Below are positions 46,292-54,510 of a DNA stretch of 64,000 nucleotides, piece by piece (position 1 is the first letter of the stretch; each line of letters starts with the position of its first letter). Source of the stretch: Burkholderiales bacterium (GTDB lineage: Bacteria; Pseudomonadota; Gammaproteobacteria; Burkholderiales; SG8-39); NCBI GenBank assembly GCA_041617635.1, contig JBFJOO010000001.1:11819-75818 (forward strand), written 5' to 3'. The notes beneath the pieces were generated by a model that was given only the letters and a program-made list of their open reading frames with translations, was not told the DNA's origin and searched no databases. Position numbers and translations under genes: made by a program.

Positions 46292-47509
46292 TCAGGCCGC
46301 CAGCGCGGCCCCGTTCACCTCGATCGACAACTCGGGCTCGAGCGCCGAGCCGAGCGTCGCGTGCAGGTAGCACGTGGTCGCGGCAATCCGCATCAGCTTC
46401 TCGTGCGTCTCGTCGCTCTCGTCGCCATGCAGGAAGAGGTGCGTGTCGACCGGCTCGATGCCGCCGCGCGCCGAGCCGTCGGTTGCGGCGCCCTGCAGCG
46501 TGTAGGGGCTGAACTGCACGAGCCGCACCTGGCGGATCTTGAACTTCATGTGCTCGATGTAGCGCGCGAGCTGCGTCATGTAGCAGAACGCGATGCCGGC
46601 CGATAGCAGGCTGAGTCCGGCCGGCCCCTGATCGGGCGCTGCGGCACCGCCGGTCGCGCCGCGCTCGTCGCTCTTGATCGCGAAATGGCTCATCCCGGGA
46701 AGGCCCAGAACGGAGTCGGTCTCCGTGACGCCCGCCGGATCGAGCAGGCGACAGACTCCGGCGACCGTACGGATGATGCGGGTGGTCGTCCCGGCGGGCG
46801 CCTCGGTGACCGTTCCTTCCGCCAGCTGGCCGGTCTTGCGCACCAGATCCGGAAGATCGCCCGCGCCGGCGAGCGGGCTCGGTGCGGCCGAGTACGTCAT
46901 GAGCGGGTCGGGCGCGTCGGCCGAGGTCGAGTTCTTCATCGTCGTCACTGCGCGCCGCTTGCCGTTCACGTAGATCGCGAAGGTGTTCTCCACCGCAATT
47001 CGCATGGCGGCGAGCGCGGGAGAAGCGGCCACCGCGGCGCGCACCAGCGTCGCGATCGCGTCCTTCGGCGCCGCCGACCCGATGATCACCTTCACCTTCG
47101 CGGGCTCGGCGTAGCCCTTTCCGTCGCCGCGAAAGAATGCGCCGGTCATGTAGTAGAAGTTCTGTAGCTGCACGTCCAGCGACTCGATCCGGATCGAGCG
47201 CGCGCGGGCGAGCCACAGGATCCGGTTCACCAGGTCCGCCTGCAGGCCGGCGTTGAAGTAGCCGAGCGGAAACGGCGCGAGATCGGTCGCCTTGAGATGC
47301 TTGCCTTCGTCGCACACCAGTCGCCAGCTGCTCCCGGCCGCGCCTTCGGTGACGACCGCCTCCTTCTGCTGCCCGGCAAGCTGGCGCGCCTCGACTCTGA
47401 AGACGTCGCGGCCCGTGGCGGCCGAAACCAGCGGCGAGCGCGTGCTCCCCTGCCGGAGCTTGAAGCCGAGCGGAAATCCCGAGCTCTCGATCGAATCGAC
47501 TGTCGCCAT
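46292..47509 (-). CDS. fused tandem OsmC/Ohr-like domain protein
   Basis: The second half has OsmC-like Cys contexts (LLSAGIAFCYMTQL; IAATTCYLHATL). The first half shows the same spacing but without Cys (PLGYFNAGLQADL; AAVAASPALAAM). AGGAGA RBS before ATG 47509. Confidence 0.55.
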   Translation of the reverse strand: MATVDSIESSGFPLGFKLRQGSTRSPLVSAATGRDVFRVEARQLAGQQKEAVVTEGAAGSSWRLVCDEGKHLKATDLAPFPLGYFNAGLQADLVNRILWLARARSIRIESLDVQLQNFYYMTGAFFRGDGKGYAEPAKVKVIIGSAAPKDAIATLVRAAVAASPALAAMRIAVENTFAIYVNGKRRAVTTMKNSTSADAPDPLMTYSAAPSPLAGAGDLPDLVRKTGQLAEGTVTEAPAGTTTRIIRTVAGVCRLLDPAGVTETDSVLGLPGMSHFAIKSDERGATGGAAAPDQGPAGLSLLSAGIAFCYMTQLARYIEHMKFKIRQVRLVQFSPYTLQGAATDGSARGGIEPVDTHLFLHGDESDETHEKLMRIAATTCYLHATLGSALEPELSIEVNGAALAA

Positions 47510-47514
47510 GCCGC

Positions 47515-48573
47515 TTATCTCCTGGAGGATGACTTCTTCTTTGCAGCGCGTTTCGCGGTCGCCTTGGCCCTCGCCTTGGGTGCAGCCAGCTTCGCACGAG
47601 TCTTCCCCTGCACCGCCGGATTGACGACGTTTACCGGCCACTCGCCCGTGAGGACGCGCCGCACTTCATTGGGCGCCCCCTCCTGCAGCCCCACCATCGC
47701 CTTCTCGCTGTACCACGCGGCGTGCGGCGTGATGATCGCGTTCTCGCGCCCCCGCAGCGGATGCGGATCGGGGAGCGGCTCCGGATCGACCGTGTCGAGC
47801 GCGCAGCCGGCGATCTCGCGCGCATCCAGCGCTCGCACGAGCGCCCCGGTGTCGACGATCGGGCCGCGTGAACAATTGATGAGGAACGCCGTGGGCTTCA
47901 TCTGCGTGAACGCCTCGTCGTTGATCATCCCGCGCGTATTGGGCGTGAGCGGCGGATGCACCGAGACAAAGTCGGATTCCTTGAGGAGCTTCTGCAGCGT
48001 CACCTTCGTGCCCGGGACCTTGAACTGGCCTTCCTTGACGACCGGGTCGGAGAAGAGGACCCGCATGCCGAACGAGGCGGCGCGCACCGCGACCTGGCGG
48101 GCGATGTTGCCGAACCCCACCAGCCCGACCGTGCTGCCCGCCAGGCGAAAGATCGGCTTGCCGGGCGGGACCGCCCAGGTCTTGGCGCGAACGGCGCGAT
48201 CGTAGAAGGCGATCTTGCGCGCACAGGCGAGCAGCAGCGCCATGGTGTGCTCGGCCACCTCCTCGATGCAATACGTGGGATTGTTGGTGACGACGATGCC
48301 GGCGGCGGTCGCCGCTGCGAGGTCGATCGTGTCCACCCCGATGCCGTAGCGCGCGATGATCTTGCATTTCGGCATGCGCGCCATCGTTTCCGCGGTGATC
48401 GGACCCGCGTAGGTGTTGAGCAGCGCGTCGCAGTCGCCGGCCTCCGCCAGGAACTCGTCGGGGCTCTTCGTCTTGAGGGCGGTGAGACTCGCCAGCTTGC
48501 CGAGAATCCGGTTCTCGACGTCCAGGGAGTCCCAGACGTAGTCGGTGATCACCACTTTCGCCTTGTCGGCCAT
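47515..48573 (-). CDS. D-isomer-specific 2-hydroxyacid dehydrogenase (CtBP/GyaR-like) with Lys/Ala-rich C-terminal tail
   Basis: NAD motif VGLVGFGNIARQV, RGPIVD, ITPHAAW. GGGAGGA RBS before ATG 48573. Tail is GKTRAKLAAPKARAKATAKRAAKKKSSSRR. Confidence 0.85.
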   Translation of the reverse strand: MADKAKVVITDYVWDSLDVENRILGKLASLTALKTKSPDEFLAEAGDCDALLNTYAGPITAETMARMPKCKIIARYGIGVDTIDLAAATAAGIVVTNNPTYCIEEVAEHTMALLLACARKIAFYDRAVRAKTWAVPPGKPIFRLAGSTVGLVGFGNIARQVAVRAASFGMRVLFSDPVVKEGQFKVPGTKVTLQKLLKESDFVSVHPPLTPNTRGMINDEAFTQMKPTAFLINCSRGPIVDTGALVRALDAREIAGCALDTVDPEPLPDPHPLRGRENAIITPHAAWYSEKAMVGLQEGAPNEVRRVLTGEWPVNVVNPAVQGKTRAKLAAPKARAKATAKRAAKKKSSSRR

Positions 48574-48628
48574 TGGTCTTCCTCCCGGGATGTGCAACGG
48601 ACGGCGCGCAGCGCGCCGTCCGGGTGCG

Positions 48629-49624
48629 TCATTTCGATCCGGCGTAGATCTCCGGATTCCAGCAGTTCGGCGGCCGCTTGCCATCGAGCACGGCGACGAT
48701 GTTGTCGACCACCACGTTCGCCATCGCTTCGCGCAGCTCCGCGACCGCGCTGCCCACGTGCGGCGTGAAGACCGCGTTGGGCATCTCGAGCAGTGCCGGG
48801 TCGATCTTCGGTTCGTGCTCGAAGACGTCCAGCCCGGCGCCGGCGATGCGTCGCTCGGCAAGCGCCCGGACGAGCGCGTCCTCCGCCACGATGGGGCCCC
48901 GCGCCGCGTTGATCAGAAACGCGGTCGGCTTCATGAGGCCGATCTCGCGCGCGCCAATTAGGTGGCGCGTGTCGGGGGTGAGGCTCGCGTGGATGGACAC
49001 AAAGTCCGATTGGGCGAGGACTTCGTCGAGCGGTGCGCGCGTCAGGCCGAGTTCGCGCGCCTCGTCCTCGGGCACGGGCCGCGGATCGTGATACAGGATG
49101 CGCATCGAGAAACCTCGCGCGCGGCGCGCCACCGCGCGGCCGATGCCGCCGACGCCGATCAGTCCGAGCACCTTGCCCGTGACCCCGGCACCCAGCAGGT
49201 ACGATGACTGCGCGCCGGGAAAGATTCCCTGCCGCACCAGCTTGTCGCCTTCCACCACGCGCCGCGCAACTGCCATCAGCAGCGACCAGGTGATATCGGC
49301 CGTCGCGTCGTAGAGCATGCTCGCCGGGATCACGGTGACGGGGATGCGGCGCTCCGTGGCCGTCGCGACGTCGATGGCCGGCGGCGTGATAGTCATGGTG
49401 GCGATCATGCGCAGACGCTCGTTCGCCATGATCACGTCGCGGTCGACGCGGTCGAGCAGCAGGCAAAAGAAGATGTCGTTCGCGCGCGCCGCGGCGAGCA
49501 GCTCGTCCTTGGTCAGCGCGCGCGACGCGTCGGGGTTGACCGTCACCTCGGCGATCTTGCGCAGCCGCTCGATGGCGCTCTCCGCCACCGGCTGCGTGAC
49601 GAACACACGGGGACGCGCAGTCAT
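48629..49624 (-). CDS. D-isomer-specific 2-hydroxyacid dehydrogenase (glyoxylate/hydroxypyruvate reductase-like)
   Basis: NAD motif LGLIGVGGIGRAVA, ARGPIV, FTPHVGSA. Start at MTARPRV (49624). Confidence 0.85.
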   Translation of the reverse strand: MTARPRVFVTQPVAESAIERLRKIAEVTVNPDASRALTKDELLAAARANDIFFCLLLDRVDRDVIMANERLRMIATMTITPPAIDVATATERRIPVTVIPASMLYDATADITWSLLMAVARRVVEGDKLVRQGIFPGAQSSYLLGAGVTGKVLGLIGVGGIGRAVARRARGFSMRILYHDPRPVPEDEARELGLTRAPLDEVLAQSDFVSIHASLTPDTRHLIGAREIGLMKPTAFLINAARGPIVAEDALVRALAERRIAGAGLDVFEHEPKIDPALLEMPNAVFTPHVGSAVAELREAMANVVVDNIVAVLDGKRPPNCWNPEIYAGSK

Positions 49625-49668
49625 TCCAAAATTCCCTGCAGTGTTTCTGCAAGCCAAAAGCTGGTTGC

Positions 49669-49750
49669 ACGAACAAGGGGGGACTCCCCCTTGCATATCC
49701 CCGAACGAACAAGGGGCAAGCCCCTTGTAAATCCCCCACTTCGCAAGGTC
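49669..49750 (+). repeat. REP-like element family B, copy 1 (two direct hairpin units)
   Basis: ACAAGGGGGGAcTCCCCCTTGcATATCCCC + gaacgaACAAGGGGCAAGCCCCTTGTaAATCCCC. Intergenic between the PEP-utilising gene and the dehydrogenase. Confidence 0.85.
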
Positions 49751-49775
49751 AGCTAACCTATCAGGCGCCGAATTC

Positions 49776-51065
49776 TCACTGTACCCAGCGCACCACGCCC
49801 GCAACGCCGTCCACCGCGACCTGCACGCCATCCGGGATGCGCGTCGTGGCCTCGTGCACGCCGAGCACCATCGGAATGCCCCGCTCGCGCGCGAGCGAGG
49901 CGAGGTGCGAGGTGCTCCCACCGCGCTCGGCCACGACGCCGGCAACGCGCGGCAGGACTTGCGAGAGCGCCGGTCCGGCCACGCGGGTCACCAGCACGTC
50001 GCCCGGAACGACGCTGCCAAGCTCGCATTCGCAATTCACCACGCGCGCGCGCCCCGCTCCCCAGCCGATGCCGGCCGGATGGCCGTTCAGCCGCGGATGG
50101 TGCAGCCAGCGCTTGTCGGGCACTTCGGCGGCCCGCATGTGCAAGGGCCGGCCCTGCAGCAGCTTGAATCCGCTTGCGTCGAGCGCCCACTCGATCTCCA
50201 CCGGCATGCCCATGTGCGACTCGACCCGGCGCAGGAGCGCGCCGATCTCGCGCGCCTGCGCCGCGCTCAGGCAGGGCTTGTCGACCAGCGCGAGCGGCAC
50301 TGCGCGCGCGACCGGTTCGGCACCGCGGTGGACACACCCCACGACGTGGTCCTTGCGCCCGGCAACCATCTCGACGAGCTCGCCCGCCCGGTTGATCTCG
50401 TACCGGTCGGGCGTCACCTCGCCCTGCGCGATGGCGGAACCGAGGCCCCACGTCGCGCTGATCAGCATGCCGTCGTCGGACATCTGGCTGAGACCGCCGC
50501 CGGATGCGATCGCCGGGACGAGCGGCTGCATCAGGAGCCCCATCGCCGTGTCGGCCGGGTCCAGATCGTGGGTCGCCATGTAGCGCAGCGCGCGCGTCGA
50601 CCAGAGCGCCGCCCAGCAGGCGCGCACCGCAGTCTGAAACTCGCCCTCGTCTGCGAGGCCGAGGAAGCTCTCGAACTGGCCCGCGAAGCTCGAGCCGTAG
50701 CGGTCTTCGACGAGCGCCGACGACCGGACGACCCCCGGCTCCCCGCTGCGCTCGCGCATCGCGCGCCAGGCTTCGAGCAGTGGATCGGCGATTTGCGGCG
50801 TGATGGGTTGCTCGAGCAGGCCGATCTTCATCGCGAGCGCGTGGCGGCGCGCCTGGCCGATGTCTTCGGTCGCGAACGCGCCGCGCGCATCGGCCTCGAG
50901 CCCGAGCGCGGCGATCTGGATGTGGTAGGCCTCGGCGTCCAGGCAGAAGCCGTCCGGGATCGGCAGACCGGCGTGGCCGAGCGCGGCGAGATTCGCGGCC
51001 TTCGGCCCGAAGCGGCCGGCGTCAGCGGCTTCAGGGGCGGAAAGTGGAACGACGAGCTTCTTCAT
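49776..51065 (-). CDS. PEP-utilising-enzyme-like phosphotransferase: PPDK_N (ATP-grasp) domain + phosphohistidine swivel domain only
   Basis: N-terminus FGPKAANLAAL...GLPIPDGF...VRSSALVEDRYGSSFAGQFES (PPDK_N). C-terminus VLVTRVAGP......GVVAERGGSTSHLASLARERGIP (mobile His domain). At 429 aa there is no room for a PEP/pyruvate TIM barrel or other acceptor domain. Confidence 0.8.
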   Translation of the reverse strand: MKKLVVPLSAPEAADAGRFGPKAANLAALGHAGLPIPDGFCLDAEAYHIQIAALGLEADARGAFATEDIGQARRHALAMKIGLLEQPITPQIADPLLEAWRAMRERSGEPGVVRSSALVEDRYGSSFAGQFESFLGLADEGEFQTAVRACWAALWSTRALRYMATHDLDPADTAMGLLMQPLVPAIASGGGLSQMSDDGMLISATWGLGSAIAQGEVTPDRYEINRAGELVEMVAGRKDHVVGCVHRGAEPVARAVPLALVDKPCLSAAQAREIGALLRRVESHMGMPVEIEWALDASGFKLLQGRPLHMRAAEVPDKRWLHHPRLNGHPAGIGWGAGRARVVNCECELGSVVPGDVLVTRVAGPALSQVLPRVAGVVAERGGSTSHLASLARERGIPMVLGVHEATTRIPDGVQVAVDGVAGVVRWVQ

Positions 51066-51097
51066 ATGGGTCGATATCGTGGCTGCATGTTGATCCG

Positions 51098-51173
51098 GTC
51101 ATCCCCGCGGACGCGGGGATCCAGCTGTCCCCAGGATGGGCAAGGTCTGGATTCCCGTTTGCGCGGGAATGAC
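51098..51173. repeat. REP-like element family A, copy 2
   Basis: GTCATCCCCGCGgacGCGGGGATCCA - 24 nt - TGGATTCCCGtttgcGCGGGAATGAC. Same architecture as 37951-38025. Confidence 0.85.
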
Positions 51174-51184
51174 TACTTCAGACT

Positions 51185-52228
51185 TCACATCTGTGCGTCG
51201 ATGACTATGCGCAGAATCCTTCCCGGGTTCTGCTCGTAGTGCTCGAACGCTTCCGCCGTGCTGCCGAGCGGATAGGTTTCGGTCACGAACCCGCTCACGT
51301 CGATCTTGCCGGACGCGACGAGCTCGATCGACGGGGCCATGTCGCTCGACAGGAGCGCGCGCGAGCCAATGATGCTGACTTCCTTGAAGTAAAACGGGAA
51401 GGTGGTCAGGCCCTTCACCGCGGCATGACTTACCGCGAAGGCGGAAAACCGGCCGCCCGGGCGCAGCATGTCGATGCCGCACTTGGTGGTCGTCTCGCCG
51501 CCCACCGTATCGATGACCACGTCCGCGCCCGCGCCGCCCGTCAGCCGCATCACTTCTTCCACCGCTGCCTCGGCGTCGGTGTCGATGGCGTGATGCGCAC
51601 CCATGCCGATCGCCATGTCGAGCTTCCACTTCGTGCGCGACACCACGATCACCGGATTCGCGCCGGCCAGCACGGCGAGCCGCGTATGCAGCAGGCCCGT
51701 CGTCCCCTGGCCGAGCACGACGACCGGCGCGCCCGCGACGATGCCGACCCGCTCCTGGGCATGGCGCACCGTCGCGAGGGTCTCGATGAGCGTCGCATCC
51801 GCGAGCTTGAGCTGCGCCGGAAGCGGGTGAACGTAGCGCGCGTCGAGCCGCACGTACTGGCTGAGCGAGCCTTCGATCTCCCGGCCAAAGAGCCCGGCAT
51901 TGCGGCACAGGTTCTCCGCGCCGCGGAGGCAGCAGTCGCACTTGCCACACGCGATGCATGGATTGATCAGCACGTTCTGCCCGACCGCGACGCCGGTGAC
52001 ATCCTGGCTCACCGCCACCACCGTTCCGGTCGCTTCGTGGCCCATCACGACCGGGTAGCGCACGCCGGGGTGGCGGCCGGTGTAGATCTCGAGGTCGGTG
52101 TGACAGACCGCCGTGGCCGCGATACGCACCACGACTTCGCCAGCCCCGGCCACGGGCATCGGCCGCGCGACGATCTGGAATCGCCGCGGGGCCTCCAGCA
52201 TTGCAGTCTGAAACTGCGCGCCCATCAC
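51185..52228 (-). CDS. zinc-dependent medium-chain alcohol dehydrogenase (threonine/sorbitol dehydrogenase-like)
   Basis: Catalytic Zn motifs CHTD and GHE, structural Zn loop CIACGKCDCC, and NAD motif VLGQGTTG. Confidence 0.88.
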   Translation of the reverse strand: MMGAQFQTAMLEAPRRFQIVARPMPVAGAGEVVVRIAATAVCHTDLEIYTGRHPGVRYPVVMGHEATGTVVAVSQDVTGVAVGQNVLINPCIACGKCDCCLRGAENLCRNAGLFGREIEGSLSQYVRLDARYVHPLPAQLKLADATLIETLATVRHAQERVGIVAGAPVVVLGQGTTGLLHTRLAVLAGANPVIVVSRTKWKLDMAIGMGAHHAIDTDAEAAVEEVMRLTGGAGADVVIDTVGGETTTKCGIDMLRPGGRFSAFAVSHAAVKGLTTFPFYFKEVSIIGSRALLSSDMAPSIELVASGKIDVSGFVTETYPLGSTAEAFEHYEQNPGRILRIVIDAQM

Positions 52229-52244
52229 CGGATCTCCGTCACGC

Positions 52245-53510
52245 TCACTTCACGTGCGCACCGTAGCCCGAGATCGGATCGCAGACGGTGATCTGCTGCA
52301 CCGGGAAGTTCGAGATGATCTCGGTGTGGTCGTCGTGAACGATCAGCATTTCCTCGATGCGCACGCCCCACCGGAACTGCTTGCCGTGCTGCGTCTCGAG
52401 CGCGAAGACCATTCCCGGCTTGATCTCGATCGGGTGATCGAGCGACCAGATCCGCGAGATGACCGGCGGGTCGTACTGCGCGAGCCCGAGGCCATGGCCC
52501 CACAGGTTGGCGGCCGCCTGGTCCTCCTCCTCGTAGCCCCAGGTGTCCTTGGCGGACGGCCACTTCGCGGCGATCTCGCGCGTGGTCGTGCCGGCCTTCA
52601 CCGCGTCGATCGAGTCGTACAGCCACTTGAGCGCCGTCGCATAGACGTCCTTCTGCTCCTGGGTCGGCTCCTTGCCGACGCAGTAGGTGCGGTAGTAGCA
52701 GGACTTGTAGCCGTTCCAGGTGAGCGCCGCGAGGTCCATGAAGACGATCTCGCCCGGCTGGATGATCCGGTCGGAGAAGTTCCGCCAGTTCGGCCAGGTG
52801 TTCGGCCCCGAGGAGACGATGACATCCTCGACGTCCTCCATCCCGGGGATCGAGTAGAGATATTCCATGATGCGGGCGGTGACCTGGTTCTCGGTGATCC
52901 CCGGCCGCAGGAACTTCATGGTCTCCCAGTGCGCGCCATCGCCGATCGCGCCGACGATGCGCAGGCACTCCTGCTCGTCCTCGTTCTTGACCGCACGCGC
53001 TTCCATCATCGGGCTCATACCGTCGACCCAGTCGATCTTGGCGTCCTTGAACGCCTGGATCATGTTGATGTCGATGAAGTCGACGCCAAGCTTCGCGCCT
53101 GCGACGTTCGACTTCTTCATCTCCTGGATGATCGCGTTCGTGAACTTCTTGACCTGCTGGGTCGATGCGGGGCCCGCCGCGCCCTTGATCCACGCGTACG
53201 AGTAACGCACGTTCTCCGGCGGGATCCAGGGGGAGTGGCGCTTGACCTGGTAGCCGATATCGCCCTGCTCGAAGAGCACGGGCGGATCGTCGCCGCAGAG
53301 CATCGCGTAGCGTAGCCCCGGCTTGAGCCGGTTCCAGCCGGGCGTCAGGGTGCCCGTCACGTAGCGGCAGTTCTCGTCGTACATCAGGAGCATCGCGCCG
53401 AGGCCGTGGGCCTTCATCCGCTCGCGCGCCCGCTCCAGCCGGTACTTCCGCAGCCGATCCCAGTTGACTCGCTGCTGCCAGTCCAACCCCACCATTCCGA
53501 CGTTTGCCAT
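52245..53510 (-). CDS. M24-family (creatinase/prolidase/DddP-like) hydrolase, paralog 2
   Basis: Collinear with 43654-44931 (FEQGDIGY, SPW.PPENVRY, WNGYK.CYYR). HGLGL, FALETQ and RIEEMLIV motifs. Cys (plus-strand 52698-52700) occupies the canonical Asp position. Confidence 0.8.
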   Translation of the reverse strand: MANVGMVGLDWQQRVNWDRLRKYRLERARERMKAHGLGAMLLMYDENCRYVTGTLTPGWNRLKPGLRYAMLCGDDPPVLFEQGDIGYQVKRHSPWIPPENVRYSYAWIKGAAGPASTQQVKKFTNAIIQEMKKSNVAGAKLGVDFIDINMIQAFKDAKIDWVDGMSPMMEARAVKNEDEQECLRIVGAIGDGAHWETMKFLRPGITENQVTARIMEYLYSIPGMEDVEDVIVSSGPNTWPNWRNFSDRIIQPGEIVFMDLAALTWNGYKSCYYRTYCVGKEPTQEQKDVYATALKWLYDSIDAVKAGTTTREIAAKWPSAKDTWGYEEEDQAAANLWGHGLGLAQYDPPVISRIWSLDHPIEIKPGMVFALETQHGKQFRWGVRIEEMLIVHDDHTEIISNFPVQQITVCDPISGYGAHVK

Positions 53511-53605
53511 GCTTCCTCCTCCAGCTGAGCGTAAGTGTGCAGGATCAATGCTAACCGAGTGTCAGGTCTCGTGTCCTCTGATGCGCCGCACCAGGCGCAC
53601 GCGCG

Positions 53606-54508
53606 CTACGGACTGCGCACATGATTGGCCGCCAGCTCCATCGCCGCGCAGACGGCCGCCGCGTCCTCGTCATGGTGCCCCTGCGCGACGGCCGCATAGT
53701 AGGGCTGCAGCGCCGCCTGGTAGATGGGGATCGGGCAGGCGAGGTCGGCGGCATGCGCGGAGATGATGCGGGCGTCCTTGAGGGGAACCGAGAAGTTCAT
53801 TCCCTCGTGATGGTAGTCGTTCCGGGCCATCAGCGCACCGCGCACCTCGAACATGCTTGAGCTCGATGCCGAGCCGCTGATCACCGCGTGGATGACCGTC
53901 GGGTCGAGCCCCGACTTCATGCCGAGCACCATGATCTCTGCAGCGGCGCTGTTGTGAATGAGATTGAGCATGTTGCCGATCAGCTTCATCTTCATGCCGC
54001 AACCGAACTCGCCCACGTAATGGGCTTGCCTCGTGAACGCGCGCAGGATGGGCTCGATCCGGTCGTACGCATTCCGCTCGCCGCTCCCAAAAGCGGTGAG
54101 GCCCTTGCGCTGCGCATGGATGCGATTGCCGCTGACCGGGCAGTCGAGCAGGATCGCGCCCACGGCCGCCAGGCAGTCTCGGGCGCGCTCCTTGTCCCGC
54201 ACCGGAAACGTGCTGATCTCGAGCACGATCTGGCCCGCGCGCACCGCCTTGTCGAGACCTTCGGCGCCCGACACGACGTCGTGCAGCGCCTCGACGGTCG
54301 GCAGGCACAGGATCACCACATCGCACTGGGCCGCCAGCTCCCGCGGCGATCCGGCGCGCGCGAGGCCGAGTGCGTCCACCCGGCCGGCATCGATATCGTG
54401 GCCGATCACGGTGTAGCCGCCCGCCACGAGGTGCGGCGCAATCGCCGAGCCGAGCACGCCGAGCCCGACGAACCCGATGCGCTCGCGCGCGGCGGCAGCC
54501 CCGGCCAT
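53606..54508 (-). CDS. NAD(P)-dependent dehydrogenase, HIBADH family
   Basis: IGFVGLGVLGSAIA Rossmann motif and a C-terminal helical domain. Start ATG 54508, 2 nt after the upstream stop. The 643-aa track ORF was trimmed. Confidence 0.85.
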   Translation of the reverse strand: MAGAAAARERIGFVGLGVLGSAIAPHLVAGGYTVIGHDIDAGRVDALGLARAGSPRELAAQCDVVILCLPTVEALHDVVSGAEGLDKAVRAGQIVLEISTFPVRDKERARDCLAAVGAILLDCPVSGNRIHAQRKGLTAFGSGERNAYDRIEPILRAFTRQAHYVGEFGCGMKMKLIGNMLNLIHNSAAAEIMVLGMKSGLDPTVIHAVISGSASSSSMFEVRGALMARNDYHHEGMNFSVPLKDARIISAHAADLACPIPIYQAALQPYYAAVAQGHHDEDAAAVCAAMELAANHVRSP

Positions 54509-54510
54509 GC

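Noticed and set aside
49669-49750. Hairpin repeats (families A and B) as a CRISPR array
   Set aside because: There are only two units per locus, the units are themselves palindromic, there is no regular repeat-spacer periodicity, and no cas genes occur in the window.
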